Shown here piece by piece: positions 1 through 9,644 of a stretch of DNA of 64,000 bases. Position 1 is the stretch's first letter. Each line of letters opens with the position of its first letter. The DNA comes from Candidatus Cloacimonadales bacterium. GTDB taxonomy: Bacteria > Cloacimonadota > Cloacimonadia > Cloacimonadales > JAIOQZ01. The notes below the pieces were generated by a model. It was given only the letters and a program-made list of their open reading frames with translations. It did no database searches and was not told where the DNA came from. The stretch lies in the NCBI GenBank assembly GCA_963662655.2, contig CAXXTU010000002.1, forward strand, positions 416,001 to 480,000. Reading direction: 5' to 3'. Position numbers and translations under genes: made by a program.

Positions 1-48
1 ATGAAATAAAATTACAAATTCGATCAATGTAAGTGACTGAGAGGATAT

Positions 49-993
49 ATGAAGCTTTCCCATATCGTTATCTGCACTCTGATTACGCTTGTGATACTAA
101 CGTTCTCGGGATGTGGAAGCAATGACAAGGTTACATCGGTGAACGACGACAACGATACCCCCGATTCCACATTCACCATTGAAGACCTGCGCTTCGGCAC
201 CGACGATACTTTCGAGGCGGTGACATGGAATCTCGAAACCTTCCCCAAAGCGAACAATACCGCGACGCTCGCAGCCACGATGATCGATGCGATGGACGTC
301 GATTTTGTGGCATTTCAGGAGATCGAGGACTCGACAGCCTTCAATACGCTGGTTGCAGGACTGGAAGGCTGGCACGGGTGGAGAGCCACGAGCGCTCAAT
401 ACGATATCAACCTCGCGGTAGCATACAGTGAAGCGGTGACGCTTGAAAATGTCTATGAAATCTACACGCACAACAGCCGCGAATTCCCCCGGGCTCCGCT
501 CGTTGCGGAAATCCGGTGGCGAGGTCGGGACATCGTTCTGATCGATCTGCATCTCAAGGCTCTGGGCGATAATCATATCGACGAGAGCGATTCGTGGGAC
601 GAAGAGGTTCGCCGTCGGGACGCCGTCAATCTCCTGAAGGAGTGGATCGACGACAACCATCCGCAGGATCGAGTCATCGCGCTGGGCGACTGGAACGATC
701 AGCTCCAGGAGTCCCAATCGACCAACGTGTTCTGGAGTCTGCTGCAGTCGGATGACTACTTGTTCGCCGACCTCGAGATCGCGGAGACGGGAAACATCGA
801 CGAGGTTTCCTACCCCATTTACGCTTCCCATCTGGATCACATCCTCATCTCGGATGAGCTCATCCCCGTATTCCAGAGTGGAGCATCCGAAATCCACATA
901 TTCTTGATTGAGGACGCACTCGACGGCGGCTGGAACGAATACGAGGACGACCTTTCCGATCACCGCGCTGTGGGCATCAAACTCGATTTTTAA
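49..993 (+). CDS. Endonuclease/exonuclease/phosphatase (EEP) family lipoprotein
   Basis: Lipobox FSG-C. EEP motifs TWNLE, VAFQE, HLKA, GDWND, LDHI and SDH. Confidence 0.88.
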   Translation: MKLSHIVICTLITLVILTFSGCGSNDKVTSVNDDNDTPDSTFTIEDLRFGTDDTFEAVTWNLETFPKANNTATLAATMIDAMDVDFVAFQEIEDSTAFNTLVAGLEGWHGWRATSAQYDINLAVAYSEAVTLENVYEIYTHNSREFPRAPLVAEIRWRGRDIVLIDLHLKALGDNHIDESDSWDEEVRRRDAVNLLKEWIDDNHPQDRVIALGDWNDQLQESQSTNVFWSLLQSDDYLFADLEIAETGNIDEVSYPIYASHLDHILISDELIPVFQSGASEIHIFLIEDALDGGWNEYEDDLSDHRAVGIKLDF

Positions 994-1005
994 CAGGAAA
1001 CGCTT

Positions 1006-4000
1006 GTGAAAAAGGATTATCTGATTTTCCGAAATGACAGCCGCGAACGAGAACGTGTCGTTGAAATGCTTGCAAGCTTCTATGTTGCAATGCTTACAAG
1101 CGGTGAAGATGTATCTGCGCATGAGATCGATGTTCTTTACTCTTTACTGGAGAATCTTTTCCGCCATGAAGTAATCTCGTGGGAGAACTACCTTCGACAG
1201 ATCGTCCAGAAGCCCATCGACTTTGACGAAGTGCTCAATTACCTGAACAAAAACCTGATCACGCTCGATAAAATTCGCATTCTGCTCAGCTTGATCGTTC
1301 TGGCGAACTCCGATAACCAGTTCACTTCGTCAGAGGTTACGAAGATTCTCGACCTTTCCAAGCGGATGAACGTGGAGACCGAGGGACTGATGGCCATCAT
1401 CGACGCCATCGAATACGGCAAGAGCGAGCCGGTATCAATTAGCGGATTCCGCTACTTCGCACACACGGACCGCTCGATCTTCAGAGACTACCTGATCGTG
1501 GGGCGCCATCCCGAATGCAACATCCGGTTTCAGGACAAGAAGTTCTCCGAGTTCGAGCTGCTCATCGTTGAGATCGACCGCTTCATTTTCATCGGGACAA
1601 GCACCAAGACAACGGCGAAAATTAACGATGTCGCGCTCCAGCCCCTGAGGCTGTACACGTTCCCCGAGGACGCGATTCTCAGGCTCGATACGGCCCGTTT
1701 CACCGCAAACCATCTCCGTAAAATCTATTCGGCCCGGGAATCGGACGACATCATCGACTTCAAGAGCCTGGATTACAATTTCAAGGTCATCAATCACCAA
1801 AACCACTATTCGGTAATGGTTTACGATCGCACCGTCTATAAGAATGGCAAGCAGTTGCCTCATCACAAGGAAGAGCCCGTTTTCTTCGACGACGTGCTGC
1901 AAATCAAAGGCTACGAGCCGTTCAATCTTCTGAACGTGATCGAGCGACGTGAAGAGATTGGCGTGACCAACCTCATGCCGTCCGAGCTTTTCATCGATTT
2001 CGATAACGACTATTTCAGGATATCGCGCGAGGATTCGCATAAATCTTTCGCTCGTATAACGATCGATCAGAATGTATTCACCATTCACCCGCCCAGAAAG
2101 GTGTGGGATCTCTTCCTGAACAACCAGAAGCTGGAGAGGCCGACCGAGTTCAAGCTCAACACGGATATATTTACGCTCAACAAACGGAATTTCCGGATCA
2201 ATAACTTCCTGGATATCGTAGAGATTCCGTTCGAAGTGGATCAGATCGGATTCCGGGATATCAAGCATTTCTTCAAGGACGGCACGCTTGCTGTCGATAG
2301 CGTTTCCTTCGAGGTGAACCGTGGGGAACTGATTGCCATCCTCGGCCAGAGCGGTTGCGGGAAGTCTACGCTTCTCAAGTCGATTTCTGGAGAGATTATC
2401 CCCACGTACGGGTCGATGGAGATCGACAACAAGGACTTCTACGCCAACCTGAGCTTCTTCACGCAGCATATCGGCTATGTTCCACAGGAAGACCTCCTCT
2501 TCGCCAACCTGACCGTCTACGAGAACCTCCTCTACAGGGGAAGCCTGCAAATGCCGCAGATTTCAAAGGCGCATATCGATCAGAAGATCGGAAATATCCT
2601 CACCGAGACCAACCTGATTCACAGGCGAAACGTGCAGGCGGGTGACGCGAAGAACAAGATGCTCAGCGGTGGCGAGCGGAAACGACTGAACATCGCGCTG
2701 GAGCTTCTTTTCGAGCCCTCGATCATCATCTGCGACGAACCTACCTCCGGGCTCTCTTCGCGCGATTCCGAGCAGATTATCAAGCTGCTCAAGGAGCTGA
2801 CGAATCAGGGCAAGATCGTCATCATCACCATCCACCAGCCCAATCCCGATATCTTCTTCCAGTTCGACAGGGTTCTGTTGATGGATCAGTCGGGCAAGCA
2901 GGTGTTCTTCGGAGCTCCGGAGAGCGCTTTCTCCTATTTCGATAGCGAACTGGACGAGATCACCGTCAATCGGGAGGGGATTTTGCGGAAACGGACCCTG
3001 CGTATGCCGGAGTACATGTACGACGTTATCGCCTATCCCGAGTACAACAAGAACAACGAAGTCACATACATCCAGACCCAGCAGAGTATCGTGGTGAAAC
3101 GCAAATTCACCCCCGAGTACTGGAAGGACAAGTTCAAGCGGAAGATGCTGTTCGAGCTGATGCAGGTGGAGAAGAGCGAGAAGGAGAATCCCCCCAAGAC
3201 CCACGCACGCAAGCGAAGAAAGCTCGATATGCGCGGTCACTATGTGCAACTGAGAACCTTCCTGATGCGAAACATCCTGGTGAAACTCCGCAATCGTTCC
3301 AACATGTTCATCACGTTCATGGAAGCGCCGCTATTGGCCTTCCTGCTGGCGTTTATCCTGCGATTGGCACCCAATAATGGATCCTACACGTATTCGGAGA
3401 ACGTGAATATGGGGATTTACCTGTACATCTCCATCATCGTCTTTGTTTTTCTGGGACTTTCCAGCAGCATCGAGGAGATATTATCCGAGCGCAGAACGAT
3501 CCTGCGAGAGAAGATGCTCAACCTCAAGACGAGCTACTTCGTGCTCACCAAGCTGATCTCCCTGAGCATCTTCGCGCTGATGCAGGTGCTGGTTTACTAC
3601 TTCGTTTCGGCTTTGATTCTGGAGATCCGGGGCGTCTTCTTCCCGAGCGTGCTCTACTTTTTCGCCGCGTCGTTCATCGGCTTCTCGATCGGGATGCTGA
3701 TCTCGACATTCATCCATAACTCACGGGCGATCATCAACATCCTGCCTGTGGTGCTCGTTCCGCAGATCGTTTTCGGCGGAGCCATCATCCAGTACGAGAG
3801 GATGAACCGACAGATCACGTTCGTGAAAAAGAATCCCATACCGGAAGTTGTGCAGGTTATGCCATCCAAATGGCTGTTCGAGGGCATCTACACTGCATAC
3901 GCCCGTTTGAATCCTTACGATCACAAGCGCGCACAATTGAAGAAAAAAAGATTGACATTGAAGGATGATCTTCGTAGCGGTTTGTTAACATCGAGTGAGT

Positions 4001-4275
4001 ATGACGAAGCCCGGCACGAGATCGTAATGAAAATGAACGATCTGCCTGCGAGATACCCGCGCGAAAAGCATGTAAACGAGATGATTACGCTTTCCGTGGA
4101 CGTGATGGACGGGAAGTTTCTCAACGAGAAGAAGAACGTCTTTCTCGCCAGTTCCAAAGATATCTTCGGCAAGCGCTACAAGACGTACTGGTTTGATCTA
4201 CTGATCATAGCCCTGATGTCGTTCATCGTAAATGTTGCCACGTTCGTCAGAATGAAGTATTTTTATCGAGAATAA
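1006..4275 (+). CDS. ABCG-type exporter fusion: N-terminal TerB-like domain, degenerate FHA-like repeats, ABC ATPase and ABC-2 membrane domain
   Basis: Walker A GQSGCGKS, signature LSGGE, Walker B IIICDE, H-loop TIHQP and about 6 C-terminal TM helices. The N-terminus has TerB-like segments (EDVSAHEIDVL, DNQFTSSEV). IVGRHPECNIRF is FHA-like. GTG start. Confidence 0.85.
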   Translation: MKKDYLIFRNDSRERERVVEMLASFYVAMLTSGEDVSAHEIDVLYSLLENLFRHEVISWENYLRQIVQKPIDFDEVLNYLNKNLITLDKIRILLSLIVLANSDNQFTSSEVTKILDLSKRMNVETEGLMAIIDAIEYGKSEPVSISGFRYFAHTDRSIFRDYLIVGRHPECNIRFQDKKFSEFELLIVEIDRFIFIGTSTKTTAKINDVALQPLRLYTFPEDAILRLDTARFTANHLRKIYSARESDDIIDFKSLDYNFKVINHQNHYSVMVYDRTVYKNGKQLPHHKEEPVFFDDVLQIKGYEPFNLLNVIERREEIGVTNLMPSELFIDFDNDYFRISREDSHKSFARITIDQNVFTIHPPRKVWDLFLNNQKLERPTEFKLNTDIFTLNKRNFRINNFLDIVEIPFEVDQIGFRDIKHFFKDGTLAVDSVSFEVNRGELIAILGQSGCGKSTLLKSISGEIIPTYGSMEIDNKDFYANLSFFTQHIGYVPQEDLLFANLTVYENLLYRGSLQMPQISKAHIDQKIGNILTETNLIHRRNVQAGDAKNKMLSGGERKRLNIALELLFEPSIIICDEPTSGLSSRDSEQIIKLLKELTNQGKIVIITIHQPNPDIFFQFDRVLLMDQSGKQVFFGAPESAFSYFDSELDEITVNREGILRKRTLRMPEYMYDVIAYPEYNKNNEVTYIQTQQSIVVKRKFTPEYWKDKFKRKMLFELMQVEKSEKENPPKTHARKRRKLDMRGHYVQLRTFLMRNILVKLRNRSNMFITFMEAPLLAFLLAFILRLAPNNGSYTYSENVNMGIYLYISIIVFVFLGLSSSIEEILSERRTILREKMLNLKTSYFVLTKLISLSIFALMQVLVYYFVSALILEIRGVFFPSVLYFFAASFIGFSIGMLISTFIHNSRAIINILPVVLVPQIVFGGAIIQYERMNRQITFVKKNPIPEVVQVMPSKWLFEGIYTAYARLNPYDHKRAQLKKKRLTLKDDLRSGLLTSSEYDEARHEIVMKMNDLPARYPREKHVNEMITLSVDVMDGKFLNEKKNVFLASSKDIFGKRYKTYWFDLLIIALMSFIVNVATFVRMKYFYRE

Positions 4276-4303
4276 ATGAATTGAGAAAGAATGAGGAGGA
4301 TAC

Positions 4304-5110
4304 ATGAATCGTATAACCATTTTATTGCTTTTAGCGGTATTGGTTCTCGCAGCCTGCCAGGCAGAGAAGAAACAGGAGACGCCGCAGGCCGAAACTACGC
4401 AGGAAAACGTGGAGCAGGCCGAGTTTTACTACTTCCCGTTACCGTCGTTTCAGGACGTTTTCACCAAGCTCGATTATCTTACGCCGGCTGATTTCGGCAA
4501 ATTCGTGCCGGAAGAGTTCAATCGGACAGAAGATGACGTGAATAAATCGGCCTACGCGCTGGGCGAGCTCTCGGCGGACGCGATCCTGGTGGCGAAGAGC
4601 CGTAACCGTACCAAATTGCTCAACATAGCCAAAGAGATGATCTTCTACTCGAAGTCGTTCATCGTGGAAGAAAGAATTCTCCAGCTTGCCGATAAGCTCA
4701 AAATGCAGGTCGAGACCGACAAGTGGGACGAGCTCCAGGTTACGCTCGATGACGACAAGCAGAGCGTCATCAACGCCCTGTATGAAGCGCGGGACTACGA
4801 TACGTTCATCATCATGCAGATGGGCGGATGGGTCGAAGGGCTCTATCAGACCGCGACGCTTCTCGACGACAGCTACAATCGCGAGAAAACCGATTTCCTG
4901 TATCAGATCGGTATCTTGAACCAGTTGATCAACAACGTCGAGAAGATGCCCGATGCGCACATTAAAGAGAAAGCTTATTACAAGATCGCGGTGACGAATC
5001 TGACGGCGATACGCGACCTTCTGAAGGCTTCGGAAGACAAGCTATACTCGCAGGACGACTTGAAAAAATTGATTTCTCTCTGCGATGAGATCAAGAAATC
5101 ATTCCAATAA
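4304..5110 (+). CDS. Hypothetical alpha-helical lipoprotein, probably co-transcribed with the ABC exporter
   Basis: RBS GAGGAG, lipobox LAA-C, 28 bp downstream of the ABC gene and followed by a terminator. Confidence 0.8.
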   Translation: MNRITILLLLAVLVLAACQAEKKQETPQAETTQENVEQAEFYYFPLPSFQDVFTKLDYLTPADFGKFVPEEFNRTEDDVNKSAYALGELSADAILVAKSRNRTKLLNIAKEMIFYSKSFIVEERILQLADKLKMQVETDKWDELQVTLDDDKQSVINALYEARDYDTFIIMQMGGWVEGLYQTATLLDDSYNREKTDFLYQIGILNQLINNVEKMPDAHIKEKAYYKIAVTNLTAIRDLLKASEDKLYSQDDLKKLISLCDEIKKSFQ

Positions 5111-5132
5111 ACGCAACGGTTTTCAACGTTTC

Positions 5133-5169
5133 ATCCCGGGTTGTTTCAACGCAATCCGGGATTTTTTTT
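5133..5169 (+). terminator. Rho-independent terminator
   Basis: Stem ATCCCGGGTTG/CAATCCGGGAT followed by a T run. Confidence 0.8.
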
Positions 5170-5438
5170 AACTCACACAGTGACAATAACTTTGGGTGGT
5201 TCAATCAAATATTGCTAAACTTGGAAAAATAACGTAAGCTATTGCTGGCAATCTAGTTAGATATTGTGTAGTCGGTGTGTAAGTGGCGGAGTTATAACAA
5301 ACATTTGTATTAAGAAATTCGAGAAAATCGCTGAGAACCTTTGTAAATAAGGGGTTTGCGGAATTTTTTTTATTGACAACATTTTTAAACATAGATCATA
5401 AAGGAAATTGTAACGCCAATAAATTAATGGAGGTGCGT

Positions 5439-5711
5439 ATGAGCAGAGAAGAATTGGTGGCAAAAATCGCAGAGGATGCCGGCATTACCAAGAAAGCCGC
5501 AACAGCTGCACTGAATGCAACAATCGATGGTATCCAGGGTGCTCTGGCTAAGGGAGACAAGGTTTCTCTGGTCGGTTTTGGCACATTTGCAGTTGCCAAA
5601 AGAGCAGCTCGTAAGGGAATCAATCCGCAAACAAAGAAAGCGATCAAGATTCCAGCGCGCAAAGTTCCTGTGTTCCGCGCAGGCAAGAAGCTGAAAGACG
5701 CCGTCAAGTAA
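5439..5711 (+). CDS. hup: DNA-binding protein HU
   Basis: 90 aa with GFGTF, RKGINPQT and VPVFRAGK motifs. GGAGG RBS precedes the ATG at 5439. Confidence 0.96.
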   Translation: MSREELVAKIAEDAGITKKAATAALNATIDGIQGALAKGDKVSLVGFGTFAVAKRAARKGINPQTKKAIKIPARKVPVFRAGKKLKDAVK

Positions 5712-5728
5712 GTTGCATTTATTGATTT

Positions 5729-5763
5729 AAGGGGTAAGGCGATGGTCTCACCCCTTTTTTTTT
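5729..5763 (+). terminator. Rho-independent terminator after hup
   Basis: AAGGGGTAAGGC...GTCTCACCCCTT stem followed by a T run. Confidence 0.8.
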
Positions 5764-6051
5764 CATGAATTCTTGATGCGGATTTTTATGATCCTGCTTC
5801 AATTGTTCTACTAATCATTCGGGGAAAGATACTTCAATTTTCAGCCATTATCGATGCGCAATTTACGCAAAATGCAATCGCAAAACTGGAAAATACTTGC
5901 ACGCAATTATGTTAGAATTTACCTTGAAGTCGGTGCACCGGGATGTAGAAAATTCCGGAGAATGAATTCTGGAAAATAATAGACAAAAAAAAGCAGGATG
6001 TGCAATGTGACCTCTGAACTCAAAAAAACGACAGACAAAGAAGAGGGAATT

Positions 6052-7170
6052 ATGAAATTTTCAGTAGAGAAAAAGGATCTAACGAGCAAGATGCATCACC
6101 TGTACAATATCGTGCCCTCGAAAAATACGATGCCGATTCTGATGAACTACCTCATTGAGGCTTTCGAGGAGAGCAACACGATACGTTTTACTGCGACCGA
6201 TCTCGAGATAACGGTTGTGGTCGAGTTTGACCTCTTTGTTTCCGAAGGTGGTCGTGTGGCTGTCTCTGCTAAAAATTTCACGGATATAATCAATTCTCTT
6301 CCTGACGCGATGGTCCATTGCGAGAAGGTCGACGACACGCTGAAGATTCAGTGTGAGAAATCGAGCTTCGATCTCCTCTGTGCCGACGCCGAGCAGTATC
6401 CGCTCATCCCTCAAATCGATATGGAGAACGCGAAGGAAATCAACGCGCAAACCTTCTCCAAGATGATCGAGAACACCCACTTCGCCGTTTCGACAGAGTC
6501 CAATCGCCCCATCTTTACCGGCATCTTCTGGCAGATTACGCCGGAACACCAGCTGATGGTCTCCACCGACGGCAAGAAGATCGCCGAGTTCAAGGTCAAC
6601 CAGGAAAACGACGTTCCCGAGGTTCTCGAGAAGATCATCCCCACCAAGGGGCTGCTCTTCCTGAAGAAAGCGATAACGGACGACATCAACGTGGTGCATG
6701 TGCTCATCGAGGCGAACCGCGTGATGTTCAAGTACGGCCCGTACACCATCTTCACGCACATTCTCGAAGGGCGTTTCCCTGATTACACCAAGGCGATGCC
6801 TGCCGATAACAAAAACGAGCTCATCGTGGACAAGAAGCTTCTTCTCGACGCCGTCAAGCGTGTTTCGCTGATCGCCTCCGAGGAGACGATGAAGATCCGC
6901 ATGGAGATCGACAAGGGATCGCTGGTCATCAGCACGACCAACCGCGAGATGGGCGAGGCGGTGGAAGGTATCGCCGATTACCAGTACAACGGAGATTCCC
7001 TGAAGATCGCGTTCAACTATCGCTATCTGATCATGATTCTCAACGTCATCGAGAGCGACAAGGTGCGGGTCATGATGGGCAATTCCCAGGGTGCGGTGTT
7101 GTTCTTCAACGTCGAAACGGATTCGAATTACTCTGCGAGATTCCTTCTGATGCCATTGCGCATCGTTTAA
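6052..7170 (+). CDS. dnaN: DNA polymerase III subunit beta (sliding clamp)
   Basis: Motifs PIL, ATDLE, STDG, EGRFPDY, IAFNYRY and LLMPLR. RBS GAGGG precedes the ATG at 6052. Confidence 0.96.
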   Translation: MKFSVEKKDLTSKMHHLYNIVPSKNTMPILMNYLIEAFEESNTIRFTATDLEITVVVEFDLFVSEGGRVAVSAKNFTDIINSLPDAMVHCEKVDDTLKIQCEKSSFDLLCADAEQYPLIPQIDMENAKEINAQTFSKMIENTHFAVSTESNRPIFTGIFWQITPEHQLMVSTDGKKIAEFKVNQENDVPEVLEKIIPTKGLLFLKKAITDDINVVHVLIEANRVMFKYGPYTIFTHILEGRFPDYTKAMPADNKNELIVDKKLLLDAVKRVSLIASEETMKIRMEIDKGSLVISTTNREMGEAVEGIADYQYNGDSLKIAFNYRYLIMILNVIESDKVRVMMGNSQGAVLFFNVETDSNYSARFLLMPLRIV

Positions 7171-7180
7171 TAGAACTGTT

Positions 7181-8290
7181 TTGAAAGTCCGCTCTCTGCA
7201 TTTGCAGAACTTTCGTTGCTACAACGAAGCGACGCTGGAGTTTCCTTCCCGGGGGATATTGGTCACCGGCCCGAACGGCTCGGGGAAGACCAACCTCCTC
7301 GAATCGATCCATTACCTGAGCTGCGGGAAATCGCCGATTACCAGCACAGAGAAGGAGATGATTCGCTTCGAGAGCGATTTCTTCTTCGCGCGCGCCCTAT
7401 GCGAGATCCAAAACCACGAGCACACCATCTCCATCGGCATGGAGCGATCCAACGAAAAGAAGGCGCTGGTCGACGGAGTGCAGCTCGAACGTATCAGCGA
7501 TCTCTACCGTTACCTGAAAGCAATCTATTTTTCACCCTCGGACATCAACATGGTCAGCGGCCCGGGCGGCGACCGCAGGCTGGTGTTCAATCAAGCCATT
7601 TCGCAGTACTCATTCGGGTACCTCGAGAACTACCGCGTTTTCCAGAGAGTCCTGAAGCAGCGCAACGCCCTTCTCAAGACCAGCTTCGATCCGCAGGAAA
7701 AAGAGAGCTGGGACCGGCAATTCGCTCGGGCAGCATCGGACCTGGTGCAGATGCGACTGGACTACCTGAAAGAGTTCATGCCTCGCTATGTCAGCGCGTA
7801 TCGCTCGATTTCGGGCAACGCGGAGACTCCGTCCATGGTCTACCACCCCAAGTTCGAGATCGATTCCACCATGAGCGTCCATGACGCTTACCTGCAACGC
7901 ATGCAAGCGATACAGGAGAAAGAAATCGAATACGGTCATACGATGGTGGGGCCGCATCGCGACGACTTCGTGTTTTATCTCGACGGGCATCCCGCACGAG
8001 CCTACGCATCGCAAGGGCAGCGCCGCAGCATCTCCATCGCGGTGAGGCTCGCCCAAGCCGAACTGATCCGTGAGGCGACGGGCGAGACGCCGGTGATGAT
8101 GTTCGACGACGTGCTTGCCGAGCTGGACGAGCGCAGGGCGCGTCATCTCATCGAGATGCTCAACCCCGAGCACCAGATATTCATCGCGACACCCAATCCG
8201 GGGGACTACCGCCACTTCGCGTTCACGCAGCTCGACGTCACGTCGCTGCATCGCGCGGTGGAAGCTCCAGTGGAGGATCGAGATGTCTGA
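7181..8290 (+). CDS. recF: DNA replication and repair protein RecF
   Basis: NFRCY, GPNGSGKTNLLE, QRNALLK, GPHRDD, SQGQRR and DDVLAELD. TTG start directly after dnaN. Confidence 0.95.
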   Translation: MKVRSLHLQNFRCYNEATLEFPSRGILVTGPNGSGKTNLLESIHYLSCGKSPITSTEKEMIRFESDFFFARALCEIQNHEHTISIGMERSNEKKALVDGVQLERISDLYRYLKAIYFSPSDINMVSGPGGDRRLVFNQAISQYSFGYLENYRVFQRVLKQRNALLKTSFDPQEKESWDRQFARAASDLVQMRLDYLKEFMPRYVSAYRSISGNAETPSMVYHPKFEIDSTMSVHDAYLQRMQAIQEKEIEYGHTMVGPHRDDFVFYLDGHPARAYASQGQRRSISIAVRLAQAELIREATGETPVMMFDDVLAELDERRARHLIEMLNPEHQIFIATPNPGDYRHFAFTQLDVTSLHRAVEAPVEDRDV

Positions 8291-9554
8291 GCAGAGACGT
8301 TTTCTCGGAATACCGTTCTCCAAATCCGTGCTGGGGTGGATCACATACGATTTCGCCAATTCGGCCTTTGTCACGGTCATCGTGACCGTCGTCTACTCCG
8401 TCTATTTCAAGAAACAGGTCGTTGGGAGCGAAGAGCTCGGAACTGCGTTGTGGGGGAGAGCCGTCAGCATTTCCATGCTGATGGTGGCTTTGATTGCCCC
8501 GTTCCTCGGTGCGATTGCCGACTACTCGTGCTTCAAGAAGCGGTTCATGGCCATTTTCTGCTACATCAGCGTGCTATTCACCGGTATGCTCTACTTCGTG
8601 CAGGCTGGGAATGTCGTCTCCGGCGTGATATTCTTCGTTTTGGCCAACTTCGGCTTCAACGCGTCCAACGTCTTCTACAACGCCTTCCTGCCCGAGATCG
8701 CGGAGAAGAAGGATGTCGGGAAGGTCTCCGGCCTGGGCTGGGGATTCGGCTATGTGGGAGGTCTGATCGCGCTGGCGTTGAGTCTTCCGCTGGTTAAAAT
8801 CAACGTCCGACTTGTTTTCCCCATGATCGCGCTGTTTTACGGCCTGTTCGCCATCATCACTTTCATGTTCGTGACGGAGCGCAAGAGAACCACCTGCTCC
8901 GGGAACTACCTGAAGATCGGTGTGGATCGGATATCCAGCACGCTCAGAAACATCCGCAAGTTCGGCGATCTCACCCGCTATCTGGTCGCATACCTCATCT
9001 ACAACGACGCCATCGTCGTCGTGATCGCCTTTGCTGCGATTTACGGCTCAACACGCTTCAACATGACCGCGCAGCAGCTCATCGTTTACTTCATCATCGC
9101 GCAGGTCACGTCCGTAATCGGTTCCGTTACCTTCGGCTATATTATCGGTCGTCTCAAGCCGCGCCGCACCATTACGATAACGCTGGCGATATGGATTGCC
9201 GTAGTGCTGTGGGCTTATTTCTGCCGATCCGTCAACGAGTATTACATGGTCGGCGTACTGGCGGGAATCGCCATTGGCTCGAGCCAGTCAAGCAGCCGAA
9301 CCATGCTTGCGCTTCTTACGCCCAGGGACAAGATGGCGGAATTCTTCGGATTCTACTCGCTCACGGGGCGTCTGGCCTCGATCCTCGGGCCGCTTGTTTA
9401 CGGCGAGATTGCCCGTATCACGGGTGACCAGCGGAACGCGATCCTTTCCGTGCTGGCGTTCTTCATCGTGGGCGGAATCCTGCTGCAGTTTGTGAACGAG
9501 AATCGCGGAATCGACCTGGCCGATTCCTGGCGCGAAGAACCTGAAGAAGGTTGA
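8283..9554 (+). CDS. MFS transporter (UMF1/ATG22-like family)
   Basis: WITYDFANSAF, FYNAFLPE, SGLGWGFGYVGG and AEFFGFY motifs with about 12 TM helices. RBS GGAGG. Confidence 0.88.
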   Translation: MSEQRRFLGIPFSKSVLGWITYDFANSAFVTVIVTVVYSVYFKKQVVGSEELGTALWGRAVSISMLMVALIAPFLGAIADYSCFKKRFMAIFCYISVLFTGMLYFVQAGNVVSGVIFFVLANFGFNASNVFYNAFLPEIAEKKDVGKVSGLGWGFGYVGGLIALALSLPLVKINVRLVFPMIALFYGLFAIITFMFVTERKRTTCSGNYLKIGVDRISSTLRNIRKFGDLTRYLVAYLIYNDAIVVVIAFAAIYGSTRFNMTAQQLIVYFIIAQVTSVIGSVTFGYIIGRLKPRRTITITLAIWIAVVLWAYFCRSVNEYYMVGVLAGIAIGSSQSSSRTMLALLTPRDKMAEFFGFYSLTGRLASILGPLVYGEIARITGDQRNAILSVLAFFIVGGILLQFVNENRGIDLADSWREEPEEG

Positions 9555-9578
9555 GGATCGCGGCCCAAAGTTTCTATC

Positions 9579-9606
9579 TTGACATGCCCTGTGAGTTCAT
9601 TAAAAT
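9579..9606 (+). promoter_or_regulatory. Putative sigma70 promoter of the FG-GAP gene
   Basis: TTGACA-16 bp-TAAAAT. Confidence 0.5.
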
Positions 9607-9644
9607 CCTGTACAATAGGAGAACAGTTTACAGGGAGGGCCACC

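Noticed and set aside
5170..6050. oriC
   Set aside because: AT-rich and next to dnaN, but no convincing DnaA-box cluster and no dnaA gene, so it is not called as a feature.
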